Below, one piece after another: positions 14,069-28,599 of a stretch of 64,000 nucleotides of DNA. Under the pieces are notes generated by a model, which worked only from the letters and a program-made list of their open reading frames with translations, had not been told where the DNA came from and searched no databases. How positions within the stretch are numbered: the first letter of the stretch is position 1; the number at the start of each line of letters is the position of its first letter. The stretch is from the human T2T-CHM13v2.0 reference genome, Homo sapiens. A program made the position numbers and the translations under genes. Where the stretch lies: NCBI RefSeq assembly GCF_009914755.1, contig NC_060928.1; one strand, 5' to 3'.

Positions 14069-15549
14069 TTTTGACTTCTTTTTTTTTTTTTTTTAACACT
14101 TGTTGATTTAGAGATTCAATTGTCAGCTTTTAAATTCAATCTACTTTGACTTGTGTTTTTAATGCTGGTCATGGCTGAAAAAGAGACCACACAATGATTA
14201 ATAAATCAAATAAATAAGGGACATATTTGTGCTTATAAATGATTTAAATTTTCCAACATAATTCAGTCATGCAAAGTTTTTTGATAAAATTTTGACAGAA
14301 ATGTGTTCTGTCCTTTAAAGGATAGAAGTTTTAAATTTTGATGTATTCCATATATCTTTTCTTCCTTTGTCATTGGTGACATACCTCGCATTGTTAATTT
14401 TTGATGTCTCTGCATTTTTTTAATTAGACTTCTTTGCAATCTCCCCTTTATAAATAACACTCAATATCTAAAAAAATCCTTGAAATCTTATAAGCTTCTA
14501 CTTTTTTGGTTGTATCTCTGGCCATGAGATTATGTATAATTATTTTCTGACTTGAAAAAGTTTGCTTTTCTGAAAGCTAAAGTGTTTATATAACTCATCC
14601 TAACATAACTTTCCTTAGTTAGTTAAACTTACTAATGGCAACATTTCATTCTCTAAGGCTATTTTCATTTCCACCCCATCAAGTAGTCTCTCGATTTATT
14701 ATTTTATGCCTTCTTTTAGTGTTTACATAGCTCCTATTTTCTGCCTTGAATTAAGCAGGTTTTTGAGAGATATATTAAGATGAGAAGTAAGACACAGAGA
14801 TTTTGCCTACAAGGAATTTTGCCTTCTAATAAATAAGACAAATCAATTTTATAAAAACAAATGGCTATAAAACATGGTAAAAAGTGATAATTACCATCAA
14901 AGAAAGGCACAAATTAAGTTCTATGTGAATTGACAGAGGAAAAGATAATTCTTTTCTTATTTTACTATTTTCAGAATTAAATCTAAAGTAGCAGTTTTTC
15001 TCATTATCCCTTTGGTTCCTGTGAGATAAAATTGGCTAGAAGGCAAATGACAACTTCATTCACAAATTACATTTGATTGAAAGGAAATTGCAGAAAGATA
15101 TTTGGAGAGTTGATGCTTTCTGTCAACATTACAACTTGTTTCTCCATTAGCCTTGTGGTCCTCATTAGAGATGTTTGATCCTTAACCTCTATTGACTAAG
15201 CAAAATGCAGAACAACCCCATAAAATTATTTTTTAATTCTAAATATTTCCCCCTTTGTTACACCCCTTTACTTCATATCAGAATATGTTCATTTTTTCCT
15301 TTTGTTATATAGGTTCTTTTTATCTCGTTTTTACCTCCATAATGCAGTTACTAAACAAATTTTCACAAATCAATAATTTCTAGGTAAGGCTACATAAGGT
15401 TTTCTATCCTGAAATATTTCTGCAACGTGAAACTATACAAATAAATATTTTGTTACATAAAAAATTTCAGGAATTACCTGTATTCTCTTTTTAAAATTTT
15501 TATTCGTTTATTAAAAATTGTATACTCAAATCCTTTCTCTGAACACTGT

Positions 15550-16528
15550 TCTTTAATAAAAAGTACCAGGAATCCTTAGAGAAATGGCTGATGTTAAGAC
15601 TGGTGCAGGAAAAATAGAAGGTGAATCTGGAAAATTTTTTCATTCCAGAAAATAAGAAAGTGCTCAAATAACAAAAGGAGCAAGTAGGGAATGCTGAGGG
15701 ACAAAGGGGCCAAGTGGAAACACTTTCTCATGGCCAGAACAGAAATAACACAAGAAAGATGAAGAATTGAATATTGGATTACAACCCAAACTCTAAATAT
15801 ACAAGTTCATAGTGATATGAAAAAAATTATTGAATAAAAAAAGTGGGAGAAGAAACAAATATTTCTTACAGAGAATTTTAAATAATACGTGTAGATACTG
15901 CGTTCCTACAGGAGCTTTATACTCCTCCATTCACGCTTTAATGTGGACTGGACTTAGTGATTGGTTTCCAAAGAAAAGAGTACGGAACAGGAAAAAATAG
16001 AGATATCTGACAAACACTACCTTGATCAAGATATCAGTGATATATAGATATCTTGATCTATAGATGGGAGAGGCATTCCACTACCATGGTATTCTTTCAA
16101 AAAAATTCATAACCCAAGTCTAATCATGAGAAAAGAAATCAGATAAACCAAAATTAAGGGACATACTCCAAAATACTACACCAGTACTCCTCAACACTGT
16201 CAAGGTTATGAAAAACAAGTCAAGATAGAGAAACTGTCACAGTCCAGAGGAAACTAACAAGACATAACAACTAAATGTAATGTTTGATAGGGTTGGGAAC
16301 AGAAAAAAAAAAGACATTAACAGCAAAACTGTTGAAATCCTAATAAAATCTGAGGTCCAGTTAATAGTAATGTCCCATTGATGGTTTCTCAGTTTTTACA
16401 AATGTACCATAGTAATGTAAGATATTAATATTAGGGGAAAATGGGTTAAGGAGTATAAGAGAACTCTGTGTTACCTTTGTAATACTTGTGAATCTAAAGT
16501 TATTCCAGAATAAATAGTTTACTTAAAA
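15550..16528 (+). mobile_element. L1MC-type (L1MC3-like) 3'UTR
   Basis: ccttagagaaatggctgat...taatcatgagaaa...ccagtactcctcaacactgtcaagg...aatctaaagttattccagaataaa. Confidence 0.8.
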
Positions 16529-16559
16529 GCTATAGAAACATATCTAGATTTTTCTATTT

Positions 16560-17900
16560 TAGGCATGAACTGTTATTTCTGACTGTGGAAGACAAGAATT
16601 TAGTTTCTGTCCTTCTCTTGCTTCTACCATACATGTACAACCTTCCCATCTACCAAATCCCCATTATAATTGTACTCATATCAATATATTGTATATTTCT
16701 ATTCACAGCTGACCCATTTAACAAACTGTAATTACTTTTCCTTGTTGCCTATCCTCTTGTTAAACTGGATTTAGCAATTATCTCATTTTGTTCATTTGTT
16801 TAATGTATATGTCCTTAGCACTTATTCAACCTCAAGCTTTTCTCCATTGTCTAAGTCTCCTTTCATAATGTTCAAATGTGCCCAGTATTCTATTCATTTC
16901 TATCGATATGGTAAAAGATGTCTTCACAAACTGTTCCTTCACCAATATTCTGTTTTCCCTTAGCATGTGTTAGGTCTCTTGTTTCATGTATTTCATGCTT
17001 TTTTCCCTTGGTTTACTCTTTGATTTTGGTAACACAGTATCTCATAACCTTCTTAGGAAAAATGAGTTGGAGATAAAATTGTGAGACTTGCATGCCTGAA
17101 CACATCACTATCCTGCTTGCATTTTATTTGCAGTATTGGTTGGGAGAATCCTTTCTTCCTTCAGAAGTTTGAATGCATTGTTCCATGGTATCTAATATTT
17201 CAGTTGAGATGTCAGAAATATGTCTGATGGGTTTTTTTTGTTTGTTTGTTTGTGTGCTCTGGAAGTTTGTGGTATCTCTTCTTGGTTCCTTGTGTTCTGA
17301 AATTTTACTGATATGTCCATTTCTATCATTTGTGCTGGGCACCTGAGAGGCCCATTTAATCTATAAACTCATGTTCTTCAGTTCTGAAAGTTTTAAAAAA
17401 TTATTTTACTGATGGATACTTTACTTCAATTATCTATTTTTAGTTTCTTTCTGGAGTTCCTAGTATTTATATTTAAAGCCTTCTGATTGATTCTTTCTTA
17501 TTTATGTAATTATTCAATATTTGTGTGATTTTTTCCTTGGAAATTTTCTATTCTTATCTTTCAAAACTCCTGTTTTTCATGTCTACTAGCATTTTTTAAC
17601 TTCAACAGCACTTTATTGTCCTTTGAATGTTGTATTTTCTTTAGAATTCAATATTTCCTTATTGCGATGTTTTTTAACTCTAAATATATATATAAGGATA
17701 GTGCTTTTGTTGTTGTCTTGGTTGTATGGATTGGCCTTTAACATTTTCTTCTCCATGCATCGTCTGTTGCTTTCAAGTTGCTTTTTCTTTTCTAATTGTT
17801 TTAGTCACTATTGCAATAGAGACTTTTGATATCTGGTAAAGTTTGAATGGAGGCCCATATTTTAAAATTAAGAACCAAGAAGTTAATTGGCAGCTCTGAA
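16560..17900 (-). mobile_element. HAL1 / old L1 ORF1-region fragment
   Basis: T-rich antisense ORF1-like sequence (cttcagaagtttgaatgcattgttccat, tgttctgaaattttac) and aagttaattggcagctctg, typical of HAL1. Confidence 0.6.
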
Positions 17901-19429
17901 AAACAACTAGGCATAAAAAGAGAGAGAAAAGCATACCCCAAGTAAAAAGAAAAGCAGGTTGTGAAAGACCTAAGGCAGGGTTGAGCTTGTTTCATTGGCA
18001 AAATAGGGTTACAAATGGGACAGAAGAGCTGGACTATGGTGAGGAAGGGTAGAAATGTAAGAGATCTTAATTTTGCATTCCAGAGAGAAAGTTTTAGGCT
18101 GAGGCTTAGACCAAAAGCTCAGGGCAAAGGCCAAAGAGTTTCATGATTTACACCTGGAAAATGGAAAGCACACAATCTGTCCAGGCAGGAGTCCAGCTAC
18201 AGCTGTCTTCTGCAAACTCCAAGAAAATAACAAGAGCTCCTTTTTATGAATGCTGTATTTATAAGTCACATGTAGCTTTGTCTTCCACTGAACTGTAGAA
18301 ATTTTGGTTCATTAAATATCAACTTCCTCATTTTACTGGTGAAGAAAGTGAGGCCCTTTCTTAAACATATTAACATTTTTATCACTAAAAATTCTCTATT
18401 GGAATTTACAATTATATTGAGAGACTATAAATATGCTACTCCTAGCATCATTTAAAGTTCCCAAAACCCAAATGAAAAAGAATATGACAGCCCGACAGAA
18501 TTTGTTTACCTAACTCGAGGAAATGTCGTTGAGAGACACTATGGAGAAAACAGCCTAACTCAGTGAAATTGAAGTATATTAGATTTTAAAAGGCAGAAGG
18601 AAGACAATGAAATCTAAGAGACATTTTCCCAAAAGGCACTTAGTACATGCGGACAGTAAATCCCACAGTGTCAGTGTGCTTTTTGTTCAAAGTGCGCAGA
18701 AATTTTCTTGAGAGCTGTAGAATTATAAAAGTTAACAACATGACTATAATGTTTCCCAGCAAAACACCCTACAAGACAGCTCTTTAATTGTAAGGATTCA
18801 ACACTTTTAGGGTACAAGTGTATTCTACTCTTGTCATGGAGAGAGTGAGAGTTAAGTGATTCTTGGGGTATTCTTCTCTTCAAATGCAAGCTGTGGGTCC
18901 CATTTGTCAGGAAAAGAAAAATAAATACAACCCCGGTGTGAGAATAAGAATTCTCTCTCTATCTTGGTTCCACTTAATTGTAAAAATCTTGCCAAAAAAT
19001 ATCTGATATATATTTCAAACATTTTGTAGTCATTTACAGACTCTCATGCCATTTATACATGGTCTTGCAGGGGCAGCCTTGTGAGCTGTGTCTCATTTTT
19101 CTAAAACCACTAGAAGGAAAACTTTATGCAGTACGGTTTGGGAGTTGCTCTATACAATGTGACACTTGATCTGAAATACCAAATGGCAGACTTTTACACA
19201 GTAACTTGAAAAAATTATCCTAATTTTGCGTTTCATCATATCACTAATGCATAATCAGCAAGTAATGATTAATTACTCAATATCGCCCTTAACTTGGGAA
19301 CCCTCATCATTCTGGCCTCTCTTTGCAAAGATGTATGGACAATAAGTTATGGAAGACTTGAAAGGACCATTTCATGTGAATTTCCTGGGAATATTATATT
19401 TTCCTAAATTGAACTATTTTACTTTAGCT

Positions 19430-19700
19430 TGCCATTTAGGCTGAAATGATTCCTTACTTTGCCCAACTTGGGTCACTACCCCTCACATAGCCCTCTTTAA
19501 TGTTCTTCAGTTCACATACCACTACCTAAAGTTAACTTGATTTTATTTTAACTTCAGATTGTCTGTTTCCTCTCACTAGACTGGGGCAAAGTGTGGGCAG
19601 TAGACAATCTTCAAAGACCTTGTCTGTCTCCTCTGTTGTATTCATTGCTGTGTTTCTACCCACCTAAAATAATGCGTAGTGGCACTGAATTAATGTTTAT
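19430..19700 (+). mobile_element. L2 3' end fragment
   Basis: tgtctgtttcctctcactagact...ttcattgctgtgtttc...atgtttattgagtaa. Confidence 0.55.
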
Positions 19701-21084
19701 TGAGTAAAATATTTTACTATCCTGTACCCAGCCTTTGATGACTTGCCAGAACTGAGCCCCAGAAAAAAGTACCTTTTCTCCTTGGTTTCAATAATTTTTC
19801 TTTTGGATTCTACTGAAAGAGAAAATGTGGAAAGAATTACTGAAGCTAGCCATAACTCCAACAAATAGCCAACAATTCTGATCGCCAGTATTAAACCACA
19901 AATTTGTAACATAACCACATCATAGAATAAGAAAGTACAGTTTCATTGTTTCTGCCTTTTTTCACTGGAAGTAAAAAGAGCAGAAAAGAGCAGAGGATGG
20001 GTGGGATCATAAAGTCAATAAGATACGGGAAGCCATGATTTCTTTTAGCTTCACTTTCCCCCAAGGAAGATGCTGAAAAAGTGTGAGGAGGGCTGGAAAC
20101 ATCACCTACCTGAGAAGAGGTGGGTCTGGTCGCAATGCTCAGAAGGCAGGAGGAGACCAGGGCACCCAGCCTCTGCCTTCTTATTCATAACTTAGGGATG
20201 CAGAAAGACCTTATCTTATTCCCCTACTGTCCTGTCCCGACCATTTTCCTTCTTCTGGTAAAATTTAAATTCCTCTCTGCCCAGCATCTTCTCCTTTCCT
20301 AGAAGCAGTGATCTTAACCATCTTTCTTCCTGAAGCCATGCTTGCGTAGATCCTGGTCATATATGAGCTTACAGGTCATGAAAGCCATCACTGAGGTTAC
20401 AAGCCAACAATTTTAAGGGGTTACACACTCATTTCTACCTCAAGCCTTGATATTGGGCATTTGCCAAAATGCGAGTGGTCTCCTAATAACAGGTCACTGA
20501 TTCGCACTGCATCCCTTCCCCAAGTTCTCTTCTGGAAACTGAACAGAAGAAATATGATTTAAATAAAATGAAAAACACCCTACTTTTGCTACCAATATTT
20601 CCTAAAGTTCAAATTGAATTTGGATGCTCTATGTCTGTGATTGTAAGCTTTTCAACTCTCAGACAGTTTGAAGGCAAAGTAATCTGTAGCTTTGGTATAA
20701 GGGGAAAGAAAGGAGAGAAAAAAAATATGAAGTACTTGACTGTCAAACTTAATAAATACATTTTAAAAGCTGATTTTTAAAAAATAAATTTTTCTGAGTT
20801 GCCAACAGAGTAAACATTAGTAAACTTTGGAGGTATGTCTCAATTATTTCTCTCTGATTGCTGTGCATTAACACATTATACACAAAGCCCTGAGGAAACA
20901 AGAAGAAAATGTTATGTTAGGTATTGTTATAAACTGGATTGTCAGCATGAATGAGTGAAAATAAAATTGCTGGAAATATTTGTTTATTCAGTTAAGCCAG
21001 TTGGCAATAAAATAGAATGTATTAATGTCTCAGTAGACAATAACTTCAATGTGTGAGAATATCAAACGGCCTGGGAGTAAGGGC

Positions 21085-21134
21085 AAGGGAGTGAGAGCAA
21101 GAGAATGAAAACAAGAGCAAGAGTGAGAGTGAGT

Positions 21135-21175
<41 letters not shown>
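21085..21175. repeat. (GA)n microsatellite and GA-rich flank
   Basis: Directly visible. Confidence 0.9.
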
Positions 21176-21176
<1 letters not shown>

Positions 21177-21923
21177 CAGCACTCACTGGATCACAGGGCA
21201 CCCAGAAACTTATGGCAGCACAGCATCCTAAAGTCACAGTAACTGCACTGGCATGGCCTTTGGGCGACCTTGAAAAAGAAAGCTTCTTATTACCAAGAGA
21301 ACAAGTTGTGCAGATGCTGTTATAAGAACAAACCACAAAAATGCAACCAATGTAAGAACTATAAACTTGCTTTTTATATTATTCGGCAATTATTATCAAT
21401 GCTTTTATCTATTGACTCCTGAATATTTGGCTCTGGATTAATTTTTGCACACTCTCTATATTACATCAAATACTACTGTGATGTTTTCATGCTAGACACA
21501 TTTCAGAGGAAAGTGCAGGAAATTGGATATAGATTGCCTTAGTTCTGAGACCAGCTCTCCCAGAGATTTGCTTTGTAACCACTGGTAACAGAATATTTTT
21601 GTTTTCCTCATTAGTAAAATAAAACTAATGACACTTGTTCTCAAATGTGTGGAATAGATAATATGGAACTCCTTTGAGATCTCTGGGAAATAATTTGTAA
21701 AAATTTAAATGGGTTAGCATTTAAAATAAGCAAGTATAAAAACAAATATGAGAATTATTCTGTATTTATGATATGTCCTGATCCACCACAAATTATACAT
21801 CATGATAATTATAGTGATAATAATAATTACCAATTATTGAACAGATATGCTCTGCCAGCCCTATTTTATATATTCTAAAATTTAGCCATAAATACTACCT
21901 TCATTTTAGAAATTAAGAAAGAC

Positions 21924-22247
21924 ACCAGGTACGGTGGCTGACACCTGTAATCCCAGTACTTTGAGAGGCCAAGGCAGGTGGATCACCTGAGGTCGGGAGT
22001 TCGAGACCAGCCTGACCAACATGGAGAAACCCCGTCTCTACTAAAAATACAAAATTAGCTGGGCATGGTGGCACATACCTGTAATCCCAGTCACTCGGGA
22101 GGCTGAGGCAAGATAATTGCTTGAACTCGGGAGGCGGAGACTGCAGTGAGTCGAGATCACACCATTGCACTTCAGCCTGGGCAACAAGAGCAAAACTCCC
22201 TCTGGAAAAAAAAAAAAAGAAAAAAAGAAAAAAAAAGAAATAAATAG
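21924..22247 (+). mobile_element. Alu (AluSp-like) inserted in a MIR
   Basis: gaggtcgggagttcgagaccagcctgaccaacatggagaaacccc; 12-bp TSD ATTAAGAAAGAC at 21912-21923 and 22248-22259; MIR sequence resumes after it (aggctcagagatgttaagtaa). Confidence 0.95.
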
Positions 22248-23004
22248 ATTAAGAAAGACTTAGGCTCAGAGATGTTAAGTAAGTGGCATACCTGGTATTT
22301 AAACTCGTGGCTATCTGACCCCAAAACACCTACTCTAATGCTATCCCTTTAGAGGTGACTGCCTCATTCTTAAAATGTGCTATTTTACATCTAAAATGAT
22401 GCATTTCAATTTTATGATACCATTTTACACCCCCTAAGTGAATTAATCACTCACTTCTTTATAACTCTACCATCCATGTGTCCATTCATTCACTCAGCAC
22501 ATGCATTAAGCACCTTCTCCTTGTCAGACCCTGAGCCAGGCCTTGTGATACAGTGGTGAATAAGACAGTCAAGGTCTCTGCCTTCATGCAGCCTAAATTC
22601 AGGTGCAGAGGCAGATAACAAAGAACTAGAAAAAATGAAAACGGCAGATTCCAATTTGTGCTATGGAAGAAGGAAATAGAAATTTTAAGATAAGACTGGG
22701 AGGAACTAATTTAGATTAGATGACCTGGCAGAGTCTTTCTAAGTACTGTATATGACGTTGTACTGCTGAATTGGGGAGGATAAGATTTAGTAGCTATGGG
22801 AAGAGCTGGGTCAGAGAGACCAACAAGTTCAAGACCCAGAGACAAGAATGAGTTTGTCATATGCTAGGGGCAGGAAGAGGCCAGTGTTGCTATAATATGA
22901 GTAGGTAATGGCAGACTGGTATACAATGAAGTTGAAGAGGTAGACAAGAAGCAGATCGTGATTAGGAGTTTGAATCTTATCCAAAGGAATTGGAAATAAT
23001 TTCC

Positions 23005-23117
23005 TAATGATGTGCTAGAACCAGTTACCACCTGTCCATGGGAGCCGATTCTAGGCATCTCTTCCCAGCTCCATGTTCAGTGACATCACATTGGTAGCTT
23101 AAAATCAGCTATGGTGG
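23005..23117 (+). mobile_element. MER63-type hAT-Blackjack fragment
   Basis: gcatctcttcccagctccatgttcagtgacatcacattggtagcttaaaatcagctatggtgg. Confidence 0.7.
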
Positions 23118-23225
23118 TCTTTATCTAGGTGGTGGTTACATAACTGTATGCATATGTAAAAATTAGTTGGACTATAAAGCAAATATCAGTACACTTTACC
23201 CTATGCTATTATACCACAAAAAAAT
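23118..23225 (+). mobile_element. L1ME-type 3' terminal fragment
   Basis: ggtggtggttacataactgtatgcatatgtaaaaatt...tataccacaaaaaaa. Confidence 0.55.
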
Positions 23226-25321
23226 ATTTTTCAGAAAAAAGAGAGAGGAGCTTACAGTGAAAAATTACATAAAGAAGCAATTCACTATTAGTGAGTCAGT
23301 AGTGACAAAAACCAGGATTAGCAACACAAGGACTTTAATAAAGCAGCGATTTGAAAGAGAATATAAAATAATAGTGTTTTTAAAAAGGCAAGAAAGGAAA
23401 ATATGACAGACTATACCTAAAGAGATGTGGTTACAAATTTCCAAATAGAATGAAATCACAAATTCTCATATTCAAATGTGCTTCATGTTTCATTCAGGAT
23501 ATAATTTGGAGATTGCTCTAAGAAAGACCTGATAGTGAATTGCATATGAAGAATGATGCAAAATGAGAGCTCAAGGATTACTTCTAGGTTCTAATTGACA
23601 TGGGAAAAAATGGGAAAGAAATAGGTTTGGAGGAGTGAACTAAGACCTGTGTTGTAGTTGTTTAAGATGCTTATTCGAGCGCCAAGTGTAAAAGTAAAGC
23701 GGCAATTAGAAGAATCTAGAGCTCAAGGTGTGCGCAGTGAAAAGAATTTGGGAATTATCAGAATACAGATGGTATTTACAGCCATATTTGTGGATGAGAT
23801 ACCCTGAGGAGAAAATGCAGCTAGAGACAAAAGGACATAGGGCTGAGCCAGGTGACTTCAAAGTTTCCAGACTGGATAGAGAAGGAGACCTAGCAAAGAG
23901 GACCAAGGAGGGCCTGTATGTTGCATATTTCATTTCTCAGTGATGCTGTTAGTATGGTGTACTAAAAAGTAACCTGTACAAGAACTCAATATAACAGAAA
24001 CCTAGATCCTGCTTAGTTAAATTATAAAAGTGCTCTGTGAACAATTTTTCTATCTGTAAAATGAAAGTAATGACTCTTTTTCAGTCAATTTAATAGGATA
24101 CACATGAGGATCCACAGAATTTATGAAAGTAGGTATGCTTTGTAATCTAAAGATGCAGCGGAGTCATGTCCTGGCTTTTCTATCAGAATACTCTTAGAGG
24201 ACCATGTTGAAAATGGCTCTATTCTAATTTTTTTTTATATTCTTTAAAGAGTAATATTAATATACTTGGTGAACCATCTTGAGGTCCTGGTACCTACTCT
24301 TTTCTGTTCTAGTTGGCTAAAGGACTTGTCTTACTTTAGGTATATCATAGAAAAAGCTGGAGGGTGAATAATCCTAATCAGAAGAAATTAATTCAAAGTC
24401 ATGATGTCTAGGGTCTTTCTAATTTTGCCGTCAACAAAGCCCATCAAAGGTGAAAGACACAGGGCTTTGCCATAGCACACAGCCAGCCTACCTAGCCAAG
24501 GCAACCCTGTTCTCAAAATTCAGCTCCTAGAGTTGATAGAGAAAACTAATACTTTTGCTTATTATATACATTTTTCTCTGTTTACTATTTTAGAGTTTCT
24601 CAACAGTAAATAAAACTCCTATAATAGACTAGGGATTTCTAATCTGGGTGAATATTATTACAAAAATATTTTTTTCCTAGTGATGGGGAATGGGGGATGG
24701 AAGGATCATCTCCCTGCTTTCATCTAAGATCCTGAGGACTGAAGTTTCTAAAAAGTCTTAATATTCCCCGATTATATACTCAAAGGTGTTTTTAACTTGG
24801 CACTACATTTAATCCAGTAAATTTTGACCAATTTTTAAAAATGTAATTAGAGTCCTTAAGTGATGTGCTTTCACCAAGTGGCCAAGCATTGTATAATTCA
24901 CAGAAGGACCATTCCTCTGAAATGTATGCTCTTAGTGAGATGTGACTTCACGAATGTAAAACAGTGATAATTTACCCTTTTTTGTGTTTCTCTCTCGGGC
25001 CACATGCTAATTATTATCTCTAAGTTACATTTCATAGTATTCACAAAACACAGTTATGCATTAAGTACTTCTGTCACCCAATTATGAACGTGAAGTTTGT
25101 GAGAGCCTTGGGAATTTCTCAGACTCTTACATCCAGAAAGTGGTAGATCTGAGATTCAAACCCATGCAGTTTGACCTCTCAGCCACGTACCTGACCTAAG
25201 TAGGAGCTTGTCTTTTAGGCAGCTATAGTAGAACTGTCTGAAATGCCATTATAGGACCAATAACTAGCATATGATGGTTTTTCTAAATACAGAGACTACT
25301 AAATTTATTTTAAGTAAAGAG

Positions 25322-25631
25322 GGCCAGGCGCAGTGGCTCATGCCTGTAATCTCAGCACTTTGGGAGCCCGAGGTGGCCAGATCACCTGAGGTCAGGAGTT
25401 CCAGACCAGCCTGACCAAGATGGCGAAACCTGGTCTCTACTAAAAATACAAAAATTAGCTGGGCACGGTGGTGCGCACCTGTAATCCCAGCTACTTGGGA
25501 GGGTGAGGCAGGAGAATCACTTCAACCCGGGAGACGGAGGTTGCGGTGAGCCGAGATGGTGCCACTGCCCTTCAGCCTGGGTGACAGAGTGAGACACCAT
25601 CTCAATTAAAAAAAAAGAAAAAAAGGAAAAA
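25322..25631 (+). mobile_element. Alu (AluSx-like)
   Basis: Full dimer with A-rich tail. Confidence 0.95.
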
Positions 25632-27517
25632 GCTCTCTTCATTTTAAATTTAGTAGCAATTTCAAGGCTTAAAAATACTAGTGAAGCATAAACTCTTTGA
25701 AGAAAACAATGTCTTATCCAAAGAATGAACTGACCCACAAGAAGTACATACTAGAAAATGTTTTAAAACTGGAGGCACTTGAACGGAAATAGCACCGGAC
25801 AGGGAACCATCTCATGGGAAGTTGAGTCCCAATTCTGACGGTAAATTTTTTTCTTGACTTTGAACAAGGCTTTTTACTTTTTTCAAATCTATTTCTCATC
25901 TATGAGATAGAGTCAGATATAGCAGTTCCTTTGTGCAAAGGGCATAATCATTGTGGAAAAGATGTTATAGTGGTAATATTTTGAGCTACTTGAGAACAGT
26001 ACTCAATGAAGGTAAGACAGTCATAGTATATAAAATAATCAAAGCCATAATCAGAAGAGTCTGTACACTTATATACCATAGTTCTCAGTAAGATTGACTG
26101 TCCTGGTCATAGTCATATTTTTTTAAGAAAGGGCAGAACTATCCAATTCTAATAGTGCATTGAATCCCATTTCTAAAGTCACAGTATGCCCATTTTGTGG
26201 CATATATTCTGCCTACTGCTAATATTCCTTTAGACAGATGGAGTAGAACTAATGTACTGGAACATGGCTTTCATTTATTTTCTTAATAACCTTTGCCATG
26301 ATCAACAGTGAATCACATCACCAAAGGACCAGATCTGGATTGTGACCTTGATTTCTTGATTTAGAGAAGTAAAAAAAAAAATACACATTTTTCATAAAAT
26401 CAAGGTGTAGAAGAAATAAGTTAATATAAATATGAAATGCCAAGTCCCTTGAAATTCATTTGAACTTTTAAAATATCTCTTTATCAAATCAAAGATCAAC
26501 TAAAAATCTATAGCTTAAACAATGCAGCATTTTAAAAAAATTTTTTTCTCTCTCGATCAAATACAGTTAGTTGCCTTGGAAAATAACTGAGCTATCATTT
26601 CACCAAAACATGTCAAACCAAGATCGCACTATTTTTATCAGGAAAAATGAAAGAGTCAAAAACTCATCCAAGGGAGAGTAAAAGTTGTGCTTGCATTTAC
26701 TTATACCAAAAAGTAGGATGTAGAGAATACTCTTTGATAAAATTAGTATATGATAAGCTGGAAAGGCCTTCAGATAAAGGAACAAGAATTTACAACTGTA
26801 AAACATGTTGTAAGAATGAAAAAACAGAATCACCTATTGTCAGTGGCACTACTAAAACACATTTTCAACAAGCTTAAATATTTCAAACGCCTATCGAGGT
26901 CGTGTGTTTGAAGCAAATTCATCGTGTTTCATATGGCATACTTCATATACAAAAGTAATAAGGGAAATGTTCAAAATTCAAATTCAAACTATCAGACTTT
27001 AAATATAAGTGTCCAATGCCCAGTGGTCAGACCTACACCATGGAGAGAAATTTGACTGAGGATAAACATATCCATAAAATTCCACAGTATTTTATTCCTT
27101 CCAAGGCATGTTTTATCACACTGGATTGTTGAAGTTCTTGTTCATAAAAAGGAGAGAACTTTTCTGCCAAGCAAATTAATATAATTAAGGAAACCAAATG
27201 TGTCAGCCTATGTTGAAACTACAGCAGAGTTGAGTAAAAACTACAAGGAATTCCTTCCAGAAGGAAAAAATCATAATAATACAATGTGGTAGACTGAGAA
27301 CAGGTTTTTAACTACACTAACTTGTAGTCAAACTACTACTCTGCTTCTTGCTTACCCTGCAACTCACCTGAATAAATTACTCACTGTCCCTGAACCTTAG
27401 GCATGAAATCAGAATAGCACTTACCTCAGAGACTGCTGTAAGAATATAATGAGGAAATGACTAACCTGGTAGTTTTCTCTCTTCACTTATCCTTTAGTTC
27501 CTTGACTCTTTCTGATA

Positions 27518-27669
27518 TTTTTATTATATTTTATTTTATTTATTTTTAGAGACAGGGGTGTCACTAGTCTGGTCACCTACCTAGACTGGCTCTGAACTCC
27601 TGGGCTTAAGCGATCCTCCTGCCTCAGCCTCCCAAGTAGCTGGGACTATAGATGCCAGCCACACCTGGC
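27518..27669 (-). mobile_element. FLAM / Alu left monomer
   Basis: Single antisense monomer (ctcctgggcttaagcgatcctcctgcctcagcctcccaagtagctggg) with T-rich tail; ttctga on both flanks. Confidence 0.85.
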
Positions 27670-27839
27670 TTTTTCTGAGGTTTTTAAATCTAATTTTTTA
27701 AACTATATTTCATAAATAAGAGAAAGATACAAACACACCTCTCATGACAAAGTAGTTTAATAATCTGGTAGATCTAAGGGAGAGACTATAAAAGTAGACA
27801 TTGTTAGAGCAGAATTTCAGAGAACTTCCACTAATATTA

Positions 27840-28210
27840 ACCCAATGCTTGGCTATTACAGAAGAGATAACTGTTTACAAAGGCTGCCCATGACCCTTTG
27901 ATCAGCAACATTTATGAAAAAGTCATCCTTATAGATGTGAAAAATCTATTTCCTTATAACTTGCATTCACACATCACTGTTCTTCCTTCTGAAGGCATTC
28001 ATAGATTTGAAGACTATTAGATGCCTGCATTAAGACTATTCACTAGCCTAATATTCCTAACCACTACAAACCTTCTGTCAAGTGACATAATTTCTCAAAT
28101 TTTCATCATTTTGAGCCCTCTTTAAAAGATATATTCCAATATGTTGAATAATCCTTAAATAAAGCTGAACATCATATTCCAGCAATGTTTTTACCAGCAC
28201 AGAATAGTAA
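27840..28210 (-). mobile_element. L3/CR1 LINE fragment
   Basis: gctgaacatcatattccagc...accagcacagaatag resembles antisense L3/CR1 RT region. Confidence 0.5.
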
Positions 28211-28351
28211 TAATGCTAATATTATGAACATTTATTGCATACTTATTATATGCCCTAAATATTTGAGATGCATATATTTTTTAGTGTAGTAATTTTTTCA
28301 AATTTTGTATTTAGTCATCCAGTAAAATGTTAGCTGGCACCTACAGTGAGG

Positions 28352-28592
28352 CACTATAGAATAACGGTTAAGGATTCAGTCTTCAGAGCCACACTTACTG
28401 GATTTGAATGCAGACTACTATTTACTAGTCTGTGACCTGGGGGAAAATAACTTAGACTTTCTATGCCTCAGTTTCTTCTATTGCAAATGAGATTTTAAGA
28501 TTTGTTTTAATATCAAGCTATCTATGTGAAACATTTAGAAGAGCGCCTAGTGCATAGCAATTGTCAGGAATGTTAATAGTTACCATTATTAG
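28352..28592 (+). mobile_element. MIR SINE (near full length)
   Basis: ggttaagg...ggatttgaat...actagtctgtgacctggg...tgcctcagtttcttc...gtgaaacatttagaagagcgcctag. Confidence 0.85.
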
Positions 28593-28599
28593 TACTGTA

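Larger units (their letters stand above)
22480..23910 (-). mobile_element. Fragmented L2 (about 22480-23000 and 23540-23910)
   Basis: cattcattcactcagcacatgcattaagcacc tail; purine-rich L2 body; gtttaagatgcttattcgag...ccaagtg. Confidence 0.65.

Noticed and set aside
21913-22170. Alu-derived antisense ORFs (also 4148-4339, 43878-44123, 55980-56180)
   Set aside because: Standard Alu translation products
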